A DNA stretch of 64,000 bases, from positions 64,001 through 128,000 of the forward strand of contig CAWGMQ010000005.1 of NCBI GenBank assembly GCA_963823665.1. The letters run 5' to 3'. Shown here one piece after another: positions 11,702-22,986 of the stretch. The notes under the pieces are model-generated. The model did not search any database. It was not told the DNA's origin and saw only the letters and a list, made by a program, of their open reading frames with translations. Positions within the stretch are counted from its first letter, which is position 1. Each line of letters opens with the position of its first letter. The stretch comes from an uncultured Planctomycetota bacterium (GTDB taxonomy: Bacteria > Planctomycetota > Planctomycetia > Isosphaerales > Isosphaeraceae). The translations under genes and the position numbers were made by a program.

Positions 11702-12414
11702 ATGAGAACGGTTCTGCGTGTGTGGCTCGGGGCTGTAGCATACATTTCGTGTGCGGCAGTGTCGGAAGCCCAGACCTATTATTACTATCCATCTTCCAAC
11801 ACGACTGCCCCTAGCGTTACGACTGGCCAAGCGACCACGCCGACTTACTATTACCGGCGAGGGCTGTTTGGGCGTTTTGTCCGGTCGGCGTATTCTCCTC
11901 AAGTTTACCAGGGGACGCAGGCTTACCAGCCCGCGGCTGCCCCTGTCTATCAGGTAGCGGCCCAGCCAGTTGCCGCGCAGCCGGCGGTGCCTGCGCAGCC
12001 GGCGGCGCCGCGCAGCCAGCGGCGCCCGCAGAAGCGACCCAGGTTTCGAACTCGAGCACCGCGACGACGGCTACGTCCGAGACAGCGTCAGCGGAAGCGG
12101 CCGCGTACAGCGATCCGTACGGCTTCCTGAGCTGGCTGAACGCCACCCGGGCCTCCTACGGACTGCCGGCGGTTGGTCACGACCCGAATCTCTCGAGCTG
12201 GGCTGCGGAGAACAACAACCATCAAGCCGCTCGCGGCATGGGTCACTTCGTCATGGGCCCGGCGCGCCGGCAGAATGCGGCGTTTGGGTCGTATTCGAGT
12301 ATTGGTGCGATGTGGATGAACTCCCCCGCACACCGCGCGGCGCTGCTGGACCCGACGATTCGCTGGATGGGGATCGCCGGTGCGGGTGCCTACTGGACGT
12401 TCAACGCATATTGA
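11702..12414 (+). CDS. Secreted CAP (SCP-like) domain protein with Y/P/A/Q-rich linker; frameshift near 12015
   Basis: Signal peptide MRTVLRVWLGAVAYISCAAVSEA; after the shift I read DPYGFLSWLNATRASYGL..MGH..QNAA..WMNSPAHRAALL..FNAY*. Confidence 0.75.
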
Positions 12415-12572
12415 TCCGAACGTCGTGTACGCTGATGTTGTTTGCTGATCGAGCACCGTCCGAGCCGCAGGATGCAAGGGGCGGAGCGTCGGTGACTGAC
12501 TGTTCGTCGTCGATCGACCGAACATGACCGACCGCGACTGATTTCGTGCGAGGGGTCGCTCATCGATTGCTG

Positions 12573-13190
12573 TCACAGAAAGAGTGCGTCTCGAATGCCG
12601 GCGAGGATTGCCTGTTCGAGATCGAGGTCTCGTCCCCGAAGGATCCAACCCAAGGGCGCGGGGACGGGGCCAATTATTTCGCGGGTCCGATTGACCGGGA
12701 AATCGTTGCTGAAGACGGCGCGGCCCGCCGCCTGGCGATCGGGCTTGGACATGTCTTCGAGGAACTTATAGACTTCTACCTTCACCCGGAACCCGCCGGT
12801 CGGCGCCGGATCGACGTGGATTATCGCCAAGCGGCGAATGGTCTGAAGACTCGCCTCGAATCGATCCTGGAACGTCACCGAGTCGAGCGCCCAGGGCTCG
12901 AGCATTGTGGCGCCCATCTGCGGTTGCGTACGAATGGTGCGCGACAAGCGATTCTCGGACTCGATGTCGAAGTACTTGTCGACGACAGCAACCGTCTTGT
13001 TCCAGACGTTTTCAAAGTCGGTTGCGGGAACAATGAGTGGATTGGCGATGACGGGGGTCGGCGAAAAGATCCTGGTCACGCTCGGCATTCGCCAGTTCGC
13101 CGAGCCCGTGCCACAACCCGGCGCGCTTCCGGCCATACCCGCGAGCAAGGCCCCAACCGCTCGAACAACCCATCTCCGTCGTTTCCGCAT
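12573..13190 (-). CDS. Putative lipoprotein of unknown function
   Basis: MRKRRRW, hydrophobic stretch, lipobox-like APGC; globular domain FENVWNKTVAVVDKYF..SLQTIRR. Confidence 0.65.
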   Translation of the reverse strand: MRKRRRWVVRAVGALLAGMAGSAPGCGTGSANWRMPSVTRIFSPTPVIANPLIVPATDFENVWNKTVAVVDKYFDIESENRLSRTIRTQPQMGATMLEPWALDSVTFQDRFEASLQTIRRLAIIHVDPAPTGGFRVKVEVYKFLEDMSKPDRQAAGRAVFSNDFPVNRTREIIGPVPAPLGWILRGRDLDLEQAILAGIRDALFL

Positions 13191-13713
13191 CGGTAACGGC
13201 CTCGCATGCCCTGTCCCGGCCTCGCCCGATCCACTTTTTGTCGGAATGCGTCTGACATTTCGCACGGCCAAGCGCCCTACTGGACGCGTCGACCGATCTC
13301 AACGGCTGTTCGCGCCCGACCATGTGCACACTTGACCGAGCCGCGCAAGAAACTCACCAAGAATTTGGTGTGTAAGGATTTGCAACAATTCCATGCCCCT
13401 CGGAACGGGGCGACGCGGCGGAATTGGGCCAAGTCTGCAGCACGGCGTGTTGAACTCGATCAACACGAGTTGCGGCATCCTGACTGTTTTCGACCATCCT
13501 GGCAAGGCGGATTGCTCGGGCTCCGCAATAATGACCTACAGTTGACTTAAACCCAAGTATCCTCCAACTTTCCACGGGAAAAACTCTGATCCCGGCAGTA
13601 CGGAGACCCGAGCTGTACTTCACGACACGATATGAACTCGACTCGCTCCGGCATCGCTCGAAATGACCCTATCCATCAACACTTGTTGATAATAGAAGAG
13701 GGAATCGAGTTGG

Positions 13714-13729
13714 CGGTACGGGACTTGCT
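13714..13729 (+). promoter_or_regulatory. Candidate sigma-54 (-24/-12) promoter
   Basis: CGGTACGGGACTTGCT has GG-N10-GC spacing and resembles TGGCACG-N4-TTGCW; lies in an intergenic region upstream of the GGDEF gene. Confidence 0.4.
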
Positions 13730-13857
13730 GTCTGTTCGACCCCACCGCGCGGTCGCGGTGGGAGTCGTGCGATCGGCGGTGCGCAGAGGGGCTCGTATGT
13801 CCAATCTGCGATCGGAACGTCGCCGTTAACTGCTTATCTAGACAAACGCAAGGAGCT

Positions 13858-15147
13858 GTGACAGTTCGGCCACCTCATTGGTGTTCGGCTGTCAACGTGA
13901 TGGATTTCGCGACGGATCGACCACGACTTCATTGGTACCAAGCGATGCCCGAAACTGTGATGTCAGGCCGCGCCTGGCGAATCGATCGATTCCGATCATC
14001 CCAAAGTGCCGCCCAGAGCCTTGAAGTTGCCGAACCGGAACTGACGTGCAAGGACGCCGGGCTCGAGGAGCCTGCGGCCGCCCCCGAGCCAGAAACTCGA
14101 CGCGCGGGTCTGGCCGGGCGACTGAGCCAAGGTGCACGAGACTGGGTGTGGCGCCGCATCGGCCGGCGCTGGCTTGGTCACGCGCGATTCGAGGCGCTCG
14201 TGCACCGGTTCGCCGCACTCATCGACCAGTCCGACGATCCGGCGGATGTGGAAGCGGCGCTTTTGCGAATCGTTCGTCATATGGTGCCGTCGAGTCGGGT
14301 CGAATTGGTGCCTCTGGCCGAATCGCATCATCATGACGAAACAAGTGGCGCAGGGGATGCGGCGGATCCTGGCTCCGTGGGCGGGGCGAACGAGAGAACG
14401 CTGGAGATCCCGCTGCGCTGCGGAGCATCGATCTACGCGCGGCTTCGCATTCGCCCACGAGCGGGCGGCAAGTCTCGCTACCGAACCGAAGATGTGAGGC
14501 GCCTGGCGACGATCGCAACGATGGCGGCGTGCGCGATGGAGGGCATGGGGCTTTTCACGGAATGGCCGGACATCAACGTGAGGGAGACCGATAGGGGAAA
14601 ACCGAGGAGCAGCGAGGTCACGCGTGCCGATGGGCATCGTCGTGAGGTCCATCTGCAGGACGCGACGTTCTTGAACGCGGTGCTGCCGTTTGCGCTCTCC
14701 CAAGCCCGACGGCACCGTGAGCCGCTGTCGATCGTGTGTGTTGCGATCGACCGGCTGAGCGCCGTCAAGCAGTTGCTGGGCAAAGCTGAATCCGATCGTT
14801 TGATCCAGCACGTTGCGCAGACAGTTGGGCAACTGATTCGCTCGAGTGACATCGTGGCCCGTCTGGACGACGACCGAATCGTGGCGGTGCTGCCTCGCGC
14901 CCCGCGTGGGGGTGCGCTTCACGTCGCCGAGAATATCTGCCGCGCGGTCCGCGAGTCTTCGCCACCGGGCTGCGAGACGCCCTCCTTGTCGGTTTCGATC
15001 GGTGCCGCTACCTTTCCGTCGTGCGCCGACAACGTTTACTCGCTGTTCGACGCGGCCGATGAAGCGCTCGCCTGGGCTCAGAAGAACGGTCGGAGCCGGG
15101 CGGTTGTCGCGCGACCGCGGGTGCTTGCGACGGCGGCTATCGTGTAG
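13858..15147 (+). CDS. Degenerate GGDEF-domain protein (start uncertain)
   Basis: EPLSIVCVAIDRL, IRSSDIVARLDDDRIVAVLP, SVSIGAATFP, ADEALAWAQKNGR; GGDEF is replaced by DDDRI. Confidence 0.8.
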   Translation: MTVRPPHWCSAVNVMDFATDRPRLHWYQAMPETVMSGRAWRIDRFRSSQSAAQSLEVAEPELTCKDAGLEEPAAAPEPETRRAGLAGRLSQGARDWVWRRIGRRWLGHARFEALVHRFAALIDQSDDPADVEAALLRIVRHMVPSSRVELVPLAESHHHDETSGAGDAADPGSVGGANERTLEIPLRCGASIYARLRIRPRAGGKSRYRTEDVRRLATIATMAACAMEGMGLFTEWPDINVRETDRGKPRSSEVTRADGHRREVHLQDATFLNAVLPFALSQARRHREPLSIVCVAIDRLSAVKQLLGKAESDRLIQHVAQTVGQLIRSSDIVARLDDDRIVAVLPRAPRGGALHVAENICRAVRESSPPGCETPSLSVSIGAATFPSCADNVYSLFDAADEALAWAQKNGRSRAVVARPRVLATAAIV

Positions 15148-15239
15148 CGGGGCACGGGTGGTACCTAGGCGATTCTCTCCCGTTGCCGATGCGCCGAGTC
15201 TATGGTACGAGTTGAATGGGGCTGGGTGGCAGACGATTC

Positions 15240-15262
15240 TTCGCGGAGCGAAGGGCGACAAT
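15240..15262 (+). repeat. REP-like short repeat, copy 1
   Basis: TTCGCGGAGCGAAGGGCGACAAT matches 42516..42538 at 22 of 23 positions. Confidence 0.55.
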
Positions 15263-15298
15263 TTGCTGATACTGGCGATAACAACGCACATCGAACGC

Positions 15299-15748
15299 AT
15301 GCTGAAGGCGATGGTCTGGGCGGACGCGCAGTTGCTGGCGGCGATCCGCGCGCATACCGCCAGTCAGACGGAGGCTCTACCGCTTTTTGGTCATGTTCTG
15401 GCGGCCGAACACCTCTGGCTCTGCCGGCTCGAATCTCGCGAGCCGGGTGTGGCGGTCTGGCCGACGATTTCGATTGGCGAATGCGAGGCTCTTGCGGGCG
15501 AAAACGCCCGTGGCTATCAACTTTATCTCGAAAAGCTCGGTGAAACCGGCCTGGCAGCAATGGTGCGGTATCGGAACAGCAAAGGTGACGAATACACCAA
15601 CTCGGTGCTCGACATCCTGACCCACGTGGTGATCCACGGGGCGTATCATCGCGGTCAAGTTGCCCGGGTCATCGGACGCGCGGGCGGGCAGACTCCCAAC
15701 ACCGACTACATCGCGTATATTCGATCGCTGGGAGAGTCAGGGGCGTGA
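15299..15748 (+). CDS. DinB family protein
   Basis: WAD, HVLAAEHLWLCRL, DILTHVVIHGAYHRGQV, TDYI. Confidence 0.85.
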   Translation: MLKAMVWADAQLLAAIRAHTASQTEALPLFGHVLAAEHLWLCRLESREPGVAVWPTISIGECEALAGENARGYQLYLEKLGETGLAAMVRYRNSKGDEYTNSVLDILTHVVIHGAYHRGQVARVIGRAGGQTPNTDYIAYIRSLGESGA

Positions 15749-17554
15749 GGAGTCGAGTGGGGGCGGGGACGGTTCTTCCTTGGGACCCGCTGCGTCGCCC
15801 TCTTCCGGAGCTTCTCGGCCTCGACGTGAAACATCCCAACCGCGGGCGATGATATCGTCGGTCCCGTCATTTTGTAGTCGCTGCTTGTCGAATTCGCCGT
15901 GATCATCGCGGCGGTTCGCGCCGACAGAGTAGACGATGAGCCCTCCGTCGAGCCGCTGGATGCGATAGGGCTCGCCGGTGTACGGGTCGGCTGGTGGCCT
16001 GGGCAGAATTGCCGGATCGATGGCCGCGATCGACTCGGGCCATTTGCCGGTCTTTTTGCGATGGCGTTCGGCGGCGATCAGAAGGGCCGTCGCGCCGGAG
16101 TCGGCACGGGACCGGGCGTGCGCGAAGGCTGCCGCGGGCGCAGCGGGGAAGATCTTGATCGGAAGAGAAGTGAGCCAGAACGAAACCGAGTTTTGCGGCA
16201 CGTTGAAACGCCATCGGAAATCCGACCACAGTGCGGCGCGCGCGGCAAATGGCTCGAGCTCGATCTTGCGAGCGTCATTCATCCACTGGAGCATGACGGC
16301 CTGTTGGAGGTCCAAATAAAGCTTGTACCATGGGGTTACATGGTTGCGCGGGCGATTGGGATTGAGTTTCGATTTGTCTTCGCGCAGCTCTTCTATCGTT
16401 ACTTCACCGGCCGCAATTCGCCGGAGAATCTCCACCCACATGGCGCGCTCACCTCTCAGGCCGTAGTGGATGAGCGGCTCATCCAGCTCGCTCAAGAGTC
16501 GATCTTGAATTCCGGCGAGCCCCTGATCAGACGGCTCTCCTTGACCCAGAACGCGGCGGATGGCCTTCGAGGCTTCGTTCGAGGTTCCGAACTGGGTGAG
16601 CTGCGAGATCAAAAACGGCTCGTCACCGATTGAACGTGCTGCGCCCAACATCGCGCGGCACGATTCGAGCGCACCGTCGAAGTCTCGGTCGTGGGCGCGG
16701 ATCGCGCTGTCGGCTGCCAGCAGCCGCGCCAGATCGCGGACATTCAGGAGCCAGGGCAAGGGCGTGTCGATCAAGCGAGGCCCGAGATTCGGGTCAAATC
16801 GACCCCGGGTGTAGCGGGTGAGGGTGTGCGCGATTCGCAACGCTTCAGCGAACTGCTGGCGCGCCTCCCGGAGCGAGGCAACGTCCTCGATGCCGAGCCG
16901 GCAGTCATCATCGACCGCGTTCAATCGCTCCTGGCAAGTCTTCAGGAATGCGAAGGTCTTGGTGAATTCGTCCGGCATGACCTCGGGAAGCAGCGCAGCG
17001 GCTTTGACGACGACCGGAGCGGAATTCTCGGCGTCGGCCACCGGCACGCGATGGGCCAGCAGGTCGGCGATGCGCCAGTAGGGATCGTCGCGATCGGCTT
17101 GGGCGGTGGCGCGCGCAAGTTGCTGGTTGACTAACGCTCCGGCTAACGTACCCGCAACGTATGAGAGCCCGATCAGGAGGATCGCGAATACCCCGAACGC
17201 CACGCCGAGCCACCGCACGATTCTGCTTCGTCTCGTGATCGGTCGCGGCGCGCTGCTCGGTTTCGAATGATCTCGTGCAACGAGCCACCGAATCAACTCA
17301 ATGACGGCTCCGACCAATCCGCTGAACGCAACCGCAGCCACACACACTCCCAGACTGGGCAAGAGGAATGCAGGCACGTCCCAGCCGCGGCCCGACCCTG
17401 CGCCGAACAGCGTGATCGCGATGGCCGGGATGAGGAACAACACCGCGACGGCGCCGGCAAGGTGCGATGCCCTGCGGATTTTCCTCGTTGCTGCGCAGCA
17501 TCGATTGCAGCAGTCCGGGACGCGGAAGGTCGCCGCTGGTCGCACCGGACGCAT
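15737..17554 (-). CDS. Membrane protein with C-terminal GspG/pseudopilin-like motif, paralogue A
   Basis: Three TM segments; DDPYWRIADLLAHR, DGALESCRA, GDEPFLIS, AAERHRKKTGKWP..DPYTG..VYSVGANRRDDHG. Confidence 0.7.
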   Translation of the reverse strand: MRPVRPAATFRVPDCCNRCCAATRKIRRASHLAGAVAVLFLIPAIAITLFGAGSGRGWDVPAFLLPSLGVCVAAVAFSGLVGAVIELIRWLVARDHSKPSSAPRPITRRSRIVRWLGVAFGVFAILLIGLSYVAGTLAGALVNQQLARATAQADRDDPYWRIADLLAHRVPVADAENSAPVVVKAAALLPEVMPDEFTKTFAFLKTCQERLNAVDDDCRLGIEDVASLREARQQFAEALRIAHTLTRYTRGRFDPNLGPRLIDTPLPWLLNVRDLARLLAADSAIRAHDRDFDGALESCRAMLGAARSIGDEPFLISQLTQFGTSNEASKAIRRVLGQGEPSDQGLAGIQDRLLSELDEPLIHYGLRGERAMWVEILRRIAAGEVTIEELREDKSKLNPNRPRNHVTPWYKLYLDLQQAVMLQWMNDARKIELEPFAARAALWSDFRWRFNVPQNSVSFWLTSLPIKIFPAAPAAAFAHARSRADSGATALLIAAERHRKKTGKWPESIAAIDPAILPRPPADPYTGEPYRIQRLDGGLIVYSVGANRRDDHGEFDKQRLQNDGTDDIIARGWDVSRRGREAPEEGDAAGPKEEPSPPPLDSSRP

Positions 17555-17644
17555 CTCGGGGCGGTCGGAAATCGTCAGAGCACATGGGAGCCGTCGGTTC
17601 TTGGTGGACTCGTGGCGGACGGTGTCATTGCGAGTCGTCCCTTA

Positions 17645-19526
17645 TCACTCGTCTTCGGCTTCCTCGGCTTTAGCCGGTTGCCGCCGTAGGGAAAGATCCC
17701 ACAACTGCGCACCCGCGTCGTCATCCAGGCCGCGCATCCAGGTTCTGGGGGCGTACGCGCCGTGCTCGTCCATTCCGTTGGGCCCGAGCGAGTAGACGAA
17801 GAGCTGCCCGTCGCGGTGTTCCATCCGGAACGACGCGCCCGTGAATGGGTCAGCGGGCGCGCCCGGCAGGATGGTGCGATCGATCGCGGCGACTGACTCT
17901 GGCCATTTGCCCGTCTTCTTGCGGTGTCGCTCGGCGGCCACGAGGATGGCATTGGCAGCCAGATCCGTCTGATAGCGCGAGAACGCCGTGCTCGCGGTGG
18001 CGACTGCCGGCGCGAGCATCAAGGGGAGCATTTCTGTGTAAGCGACGATCGGGCTGCGCTTCCTCCGCTCGGCCTCGGCCTCCCAGGCGCGCCAGAGCGC
18101 GGAGCGCTCGTCGATGGGCCGGCGCGATGGCAACGGCCTCGGTCATTCGTTCCAGCGCAACGGCCTGCTGCTGATCGAACCAGAGCTTTCCCCATGGCGC
18201 GACCGCGCCTGGCGGGCCGGCGCGATCAGACGCCGCGCCGTCGCTGAGCGCGGAGATCGGGATTTCCCCGGTTCCGAGCCGCCGGATGATCTCGGTCAAC
18301 ACGGCTCGTTCGCCCTTCACGCCGATGATCAAAAGCGGCTGCTTCATCTCGTCGAGCAGGAGCTCCTGGAGCGAGGCCAGAGCGGCGTCAGACGCTTCGC
18401 CCTGGCCGAGCACGCGCCACGTCGCGTCGAGCGCCGATTCGCCGATGGCGATGTGCACGAGATGCGAGATCAGGAAGGGCTCGTCACCGATCGATCGACC
18501 GGCTGCGAAGATGGCGCGGCAGGAGTCGAGAGCGCCCGAGAGGTCGCCGTCACGCGCCCGGATCACGGCACTGGCATACAGTAGACGCGCCAATCCTCGG
18601 GTGCCCTGGACGTGGGGCAAGAGCGTGTCAATCACCGCCGGCGCGATGATCAGCTCGTGGCGGCCGCGGGGGTATTTCACGAGCGACCGGGCCAATTCGA
18701 CCGCTTTGTCATGTTTTTTCAGCTCGGTGCGCAGCGATTTTTCCAGTGATTCGCTCATCCTGAGATTCGTCGGGGTGTCATGAATTGAGTCGAACTGCTT
18801 GACGAATTCCGCGCGGGTGGGGTCTGGTACTCCGAGATTCGCCGTGGGGCGCTCGGGCCAGCCGTCGGGGATCAGAGCGAGTATCTCGTCGATCACCGGT
18901 GCGGAGTTGAGTGAATCGGACACTGCCCGGCGGTGAGCGAGCAGGTCAGCGAGGCGCCAGTTCGGGTCATCCTGATCGGCGGCGGCGATTGCCGCTGCCA
19001 GCCTCCGATCGACCAGGCGCCCGACGTACGCGCCGATGATACCTGCGGCGACGAGAATCAGCAGCAGCGGGATGCCGACGAGCCAGGGCCAAAGCCTGCG
19101 CCGGTGCCTTTTCTTGGGATAGCCGGCTGGCTTGTCAGCGGTGCGCGCAGGCGAAACCTCGTCGTCCGCGGACAAACTGATTGCACCCGCCGCGACCGGA
19201 CGCCGCCTCGTGATCTGTGCCGCGAGGAGCGCGACCGAGCCGCCGATCAAGGCCCCAAAAGCGGTGAATAACAGGAGGACGCCAATACCAGCCGGCACGT
19301 AGCTGGAAAACGCGAGGCCGCGGCCCGAGCCCAGGCCAAACGCGGTGACTGCGAGCGCCGGGACAATCAAGAGCGACGCCAGGAGCCCTGAGACCACGCC
19401 GGCGATGCGCATTCCGCTCTTCGCCCCGCGCCAGATGGAAGCGCGCGGCCCCGTGGGTGGAACTTCGCGCTGCTCGGCGCCCGAGGGGGTTTTCGGTGGG
19501 ACCGGCTCGTATGGGTTCTCTGTCAT
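17645..19526 (-). CDS. Same family, paralogue B; frameshift near 18125
   Basis: DDPNWRLADLLAHR, GALDSCRA, GDEPFLIS; C-terminal AAERHRKKTGKWP..DPFTG..VYSLGPNGMDEHG in ORF 17645..18133. Confidence 0.7.
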
Positions 19527-19568
19527 TTTTTCGATGCCTGGATGAACGTTGTCATTCGCGGCTGCAGG

Positions 19569-21091
19569 TCACTGCGGGTTAACGGGAGTCTGCGACGGCT
19601 TGGCTTCTGCCGGCTTTGCGTATGGTCGCCCGCGGAGCCTCACATCCCACGCTCGCGCGCCGACGTCGTCGGGGCCGCCTTTGATCCAAAGTTTCGGGTC
19701 GTACTTGCCGTGCTCGTCCTGGCCGTTGAGTCCGATCGAATAAATCACGATCTGTCCGTCGTGGTATTCCATGCGAAACGGTTTTCCCGTGAACGGGTCT
19801 ACCGGTGGGCTGGGCAAGATATTCGAGTCGATTTCCTTGATTGTTGCGGGCCATTTGCCGGTCTTGCGTCGGTGGCGCTCGGCGGCGATCAAGATTGCTG
19901 TCGCGGCGAGCTCAGCTTGAGACCGGCAGAAGGCAGTGCTGGCGGCACGTGTTGCTGGAGTTAACATTAGTGGAAGCATCGCCGTGAGTTTTCCGATGCG
20001 GCTCTGCCTGAGCGCGACGATCTTCGCTTCCCACGCCGCCCAGAGGCGCGCTGCTCGAAGGCCGGGCGCCGCGAAATTGCAACCGCCTCGGTGAGCCAGT
20101 CGAGCGCGATGGTGCGCTGGCCGGTGAAGATGAATCCGACAAAACGCAGAGCCGACCGGCCGGCAGTGTCCGCGCCGGTCGACGGCTTGGGCGAACCGCC
20201 TTCGATTGCCGAGAGTGGAACCTCCCCCTCCTCCAGGCGACGAATCAGCTCAGTCACCATGGCTCGCTCGCCCCTCATTCCATTGAACAACAGAGGCTGT
20301 GCGTGCTCATCGAGAATCAAGGCTTGGAGTCGGGCGAGCGCGGCCTCCGAAGGCTCGCCCTGGCCGAGCACTCGCGACGTGGATCGCATTGCGACGCCAT
20401 CAATCGCAATCCGGACGAGCGAGGAAATGAGGGTCGGCTCGTCACCGATCGAACGGGCCGTGCCGATCAAGGCGCGGCATGAATCGAGTGCGCCGTCGGC
20501 GTCACCATTCTGGGCGCGGATTGCTGTGTCGGCATCGAGCAGGCGTGCGAGACCCCGCGTGGACTGCGTTTCAGCCAGAAGGGTGTCGATCACCGCGGGT
20601 CCGATCAGGATTTCGTGGCGCCCGCGGCGGAAGTTGGCGACGGTGCGTGCCAGCGCCAGCGCCGCTGCTTGATTCTTGAGCTCGCTTGCGAGCGCTTCGG
20701 CGTCCTGCTCGTCCAGTCGCACATTTGCGCTGGTCGTCGCGAGCCGTTCATAGGCATCGGCGGCGGCGCGTGCGGCATCACTCGGCGCACCGGTACCGCG
20801 CCCGCGGGGATTCAGCCAATCCTTGGGGAGCAGCGCGACGGCTTTTGCCACGACCAGTGCCGAGTTTTCCGCGTCCGGCACTTGCTCGCGATGGGCCAGC
20901 AGATCGTCGAGCCGCCAGTACGGGTCGTCACGATCAGCCGCTGCGACTGCGGTCGCCAAGCTCTTATTTCCCGTCGACCTCATGTAGATCACTGTCAGAG
21001 CGACAGTGACCAGCAGGAGCAATAATGGGACACCGATCAGCCAGAGCCAGAGGCTGCGGCGCTTTGCTTTTGGGGAATCGTCGTCAGCCAT
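19569..21091 (-). CDS. Same family, paralogue C; frameshift near 20050
   Basis: Single TM; DDPYWRLDDLLAHR, GALDSCRA, GDEPTLIS; C-terminal AAERHRRKTGKWP..DPFTG..IYSIGLNGQDEHG; AAGGAG RBS upstream. Confidence 0.7.
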
Positions 21092-21427
21092 CGCCGCTTT
21101 TAACACTCCTTCGAGACGTCGTGCGAGACGTTTCGATACGATTGAATGTCGGAGTCTCCCGATCGGGACCCTGATCAAGCGATTATGGTTCGGGACGCGG
21201 GGGCGCTGCAAGCCGCTCACCTGCGCGCGTGTGTTTCCCTGCGTTGCGGGCTCGGATACGATTTGTGCGCGGTGGGGCTCACGTGCGTGGTCACATGCTT
21301 CGGCGTCCGACGCGTCCGCAACTCGGGGCCTGCGAAACGCGTTCGATGGTCGGCCGATCGAATTGGCCTCGAATTTGCGGACCGCGTTCTACCATTGCGA
21401 CAAATCTTCACCAGCGGAGATCGCACC

Positions 21428-22979
21428 ATGCGCAAAGACTTCGGGTTGTACCTGATGCTCGCGGCAGGCGTGCTCGGCAGCAGTTGCGTTCTGTCATTTC
21501 CTGGCGTTGCAGCGCGAGCGCAACAAGCGACCGCAGCGGCTGCCCCTGCCGACGCCATTGAAGCGGCCCAGACTCCGAATGCTGTCCAGCCAAGTCGTGC
21601 CGAACAACAGAAGAGCGCGCACGACCAGTCAGATGTGTTCTCCGCCGCCAAAGGCGCCGCTTCCTCTGCGGCTCTCGCGACCCAGCCGGAGAGCGGCCAG
21701 ATCTTCGGCTTCGACTTCTACCGCGACCCATTGAACGCCAAGAAGCCGATGGAGAGCTTTGAAGATAACATGAAGGCCGACATCGCCGCCAAGGCTGCGA
21801 TCATGGAGGCACAGCGGAAGCTGCTCGAACAGCGGTACAACCTCACCCCTGCCCTCGATCCTGAAGCCAAGATGTCACGCGGCAAGCCGCTTTGCGTGGG
21901 GCCGACTGCTCGACTGGCGCAAGGGGCCACATGGGAGAGCCTCGCAGGGATGAGTGCCGCCGAGATCCGCGGCGCCGGCGCGTTCCCTTATCCGTCGCTG
22001 CCGCATCCCAAGCACACGCCGGGCGGCCAGGTGTTTCCCAAAATGCAGATCGCGATGTTTCCCCGGCTCGAACGTTTCGACGTTGATTTCGATCTGCCCG
22101 AAGCGTTCCTGCCCGAGTTTCCGCCGGCGATTTATCTTCAGTCGCCGGACCGAGCTCGGAGACGTCTCGCGCGGTGAGGTCGTTTCGATCAACAACTATT
22201 ATCGGCTGTTCAAGGACATCCTGACGCCCGTTCAGCTCGACGGGCTGCGGCTGTTACTCATGCCCTTCCCGCAGGAAGAATTCAATCCCACCGATGACCG
22301 GAAGAGCGCGAATCCGAGCCTGGGCGTGACCTGCTTTGATTGCCACGTCAACGGACATACCACCGGGCAGTTCCACCTGAACCCTGATAATCGGCCGCAG
22401 CAGCGGCGGTTACGGCTGGACACCGTGAGCTTGCGCGGCGTCTTGCACCAGCAGATTCACGGCTCGAAGCGCAGCCTGCGCTCGGTGGAAGACTTCACGG
22501 AATTCGAGCAGCGGACGGCGTACTTCAACGGGGACGAGATTCACGCGATGAAGAAGGGATTCAACATCCTGGACCGGATTCAGGTCTCGCACATGGCGCA
22601 GATACAGAACATGCTCGATTTTCCGCCGGCCCCCAAGCTGGACCGCCTGGGGCATCTCGACCCGGCCAAGGCGAGCCCGGCCGAGCTGCGCGGCGAGAAG
22701 CTGTTCTCGGGCAAGGCGCAATGCGCGTCATGCCACCCGGCGCCTTTCTATCTGGACAACCAGATGCACGACCTGCGCGTCGAGGAGTTCGTTGCCGAGT
22801 CGCCGAGTGGTCCGATCAAGACGTTCACGCTGCGCGGCATCAAGGACAGCCCGCCGTATCTCCACGACGGACGCTGCCTGACGCTGGAAGATACGGTCGA
22901 GTTCTTCAACTTGATCATGGGACTGAAGCTCACCAAGGAGGAGAAGACGGACCTGGTCGCGTTCATGCGCCAGCTTTGA
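21428..22979 (+). CDS. Secreted di-heme c-type cytochrome (cytochrome c peroxidase/MauG-like); frameshift near 22142
   Basis: Signal peptide; CFDCH and CASCH; RGEKLF, TFTLRGIKDSPPYLHDG, LVAFMRQL. Confidence 0.75.
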
Positions 22980-22986
22980 ACCGACG

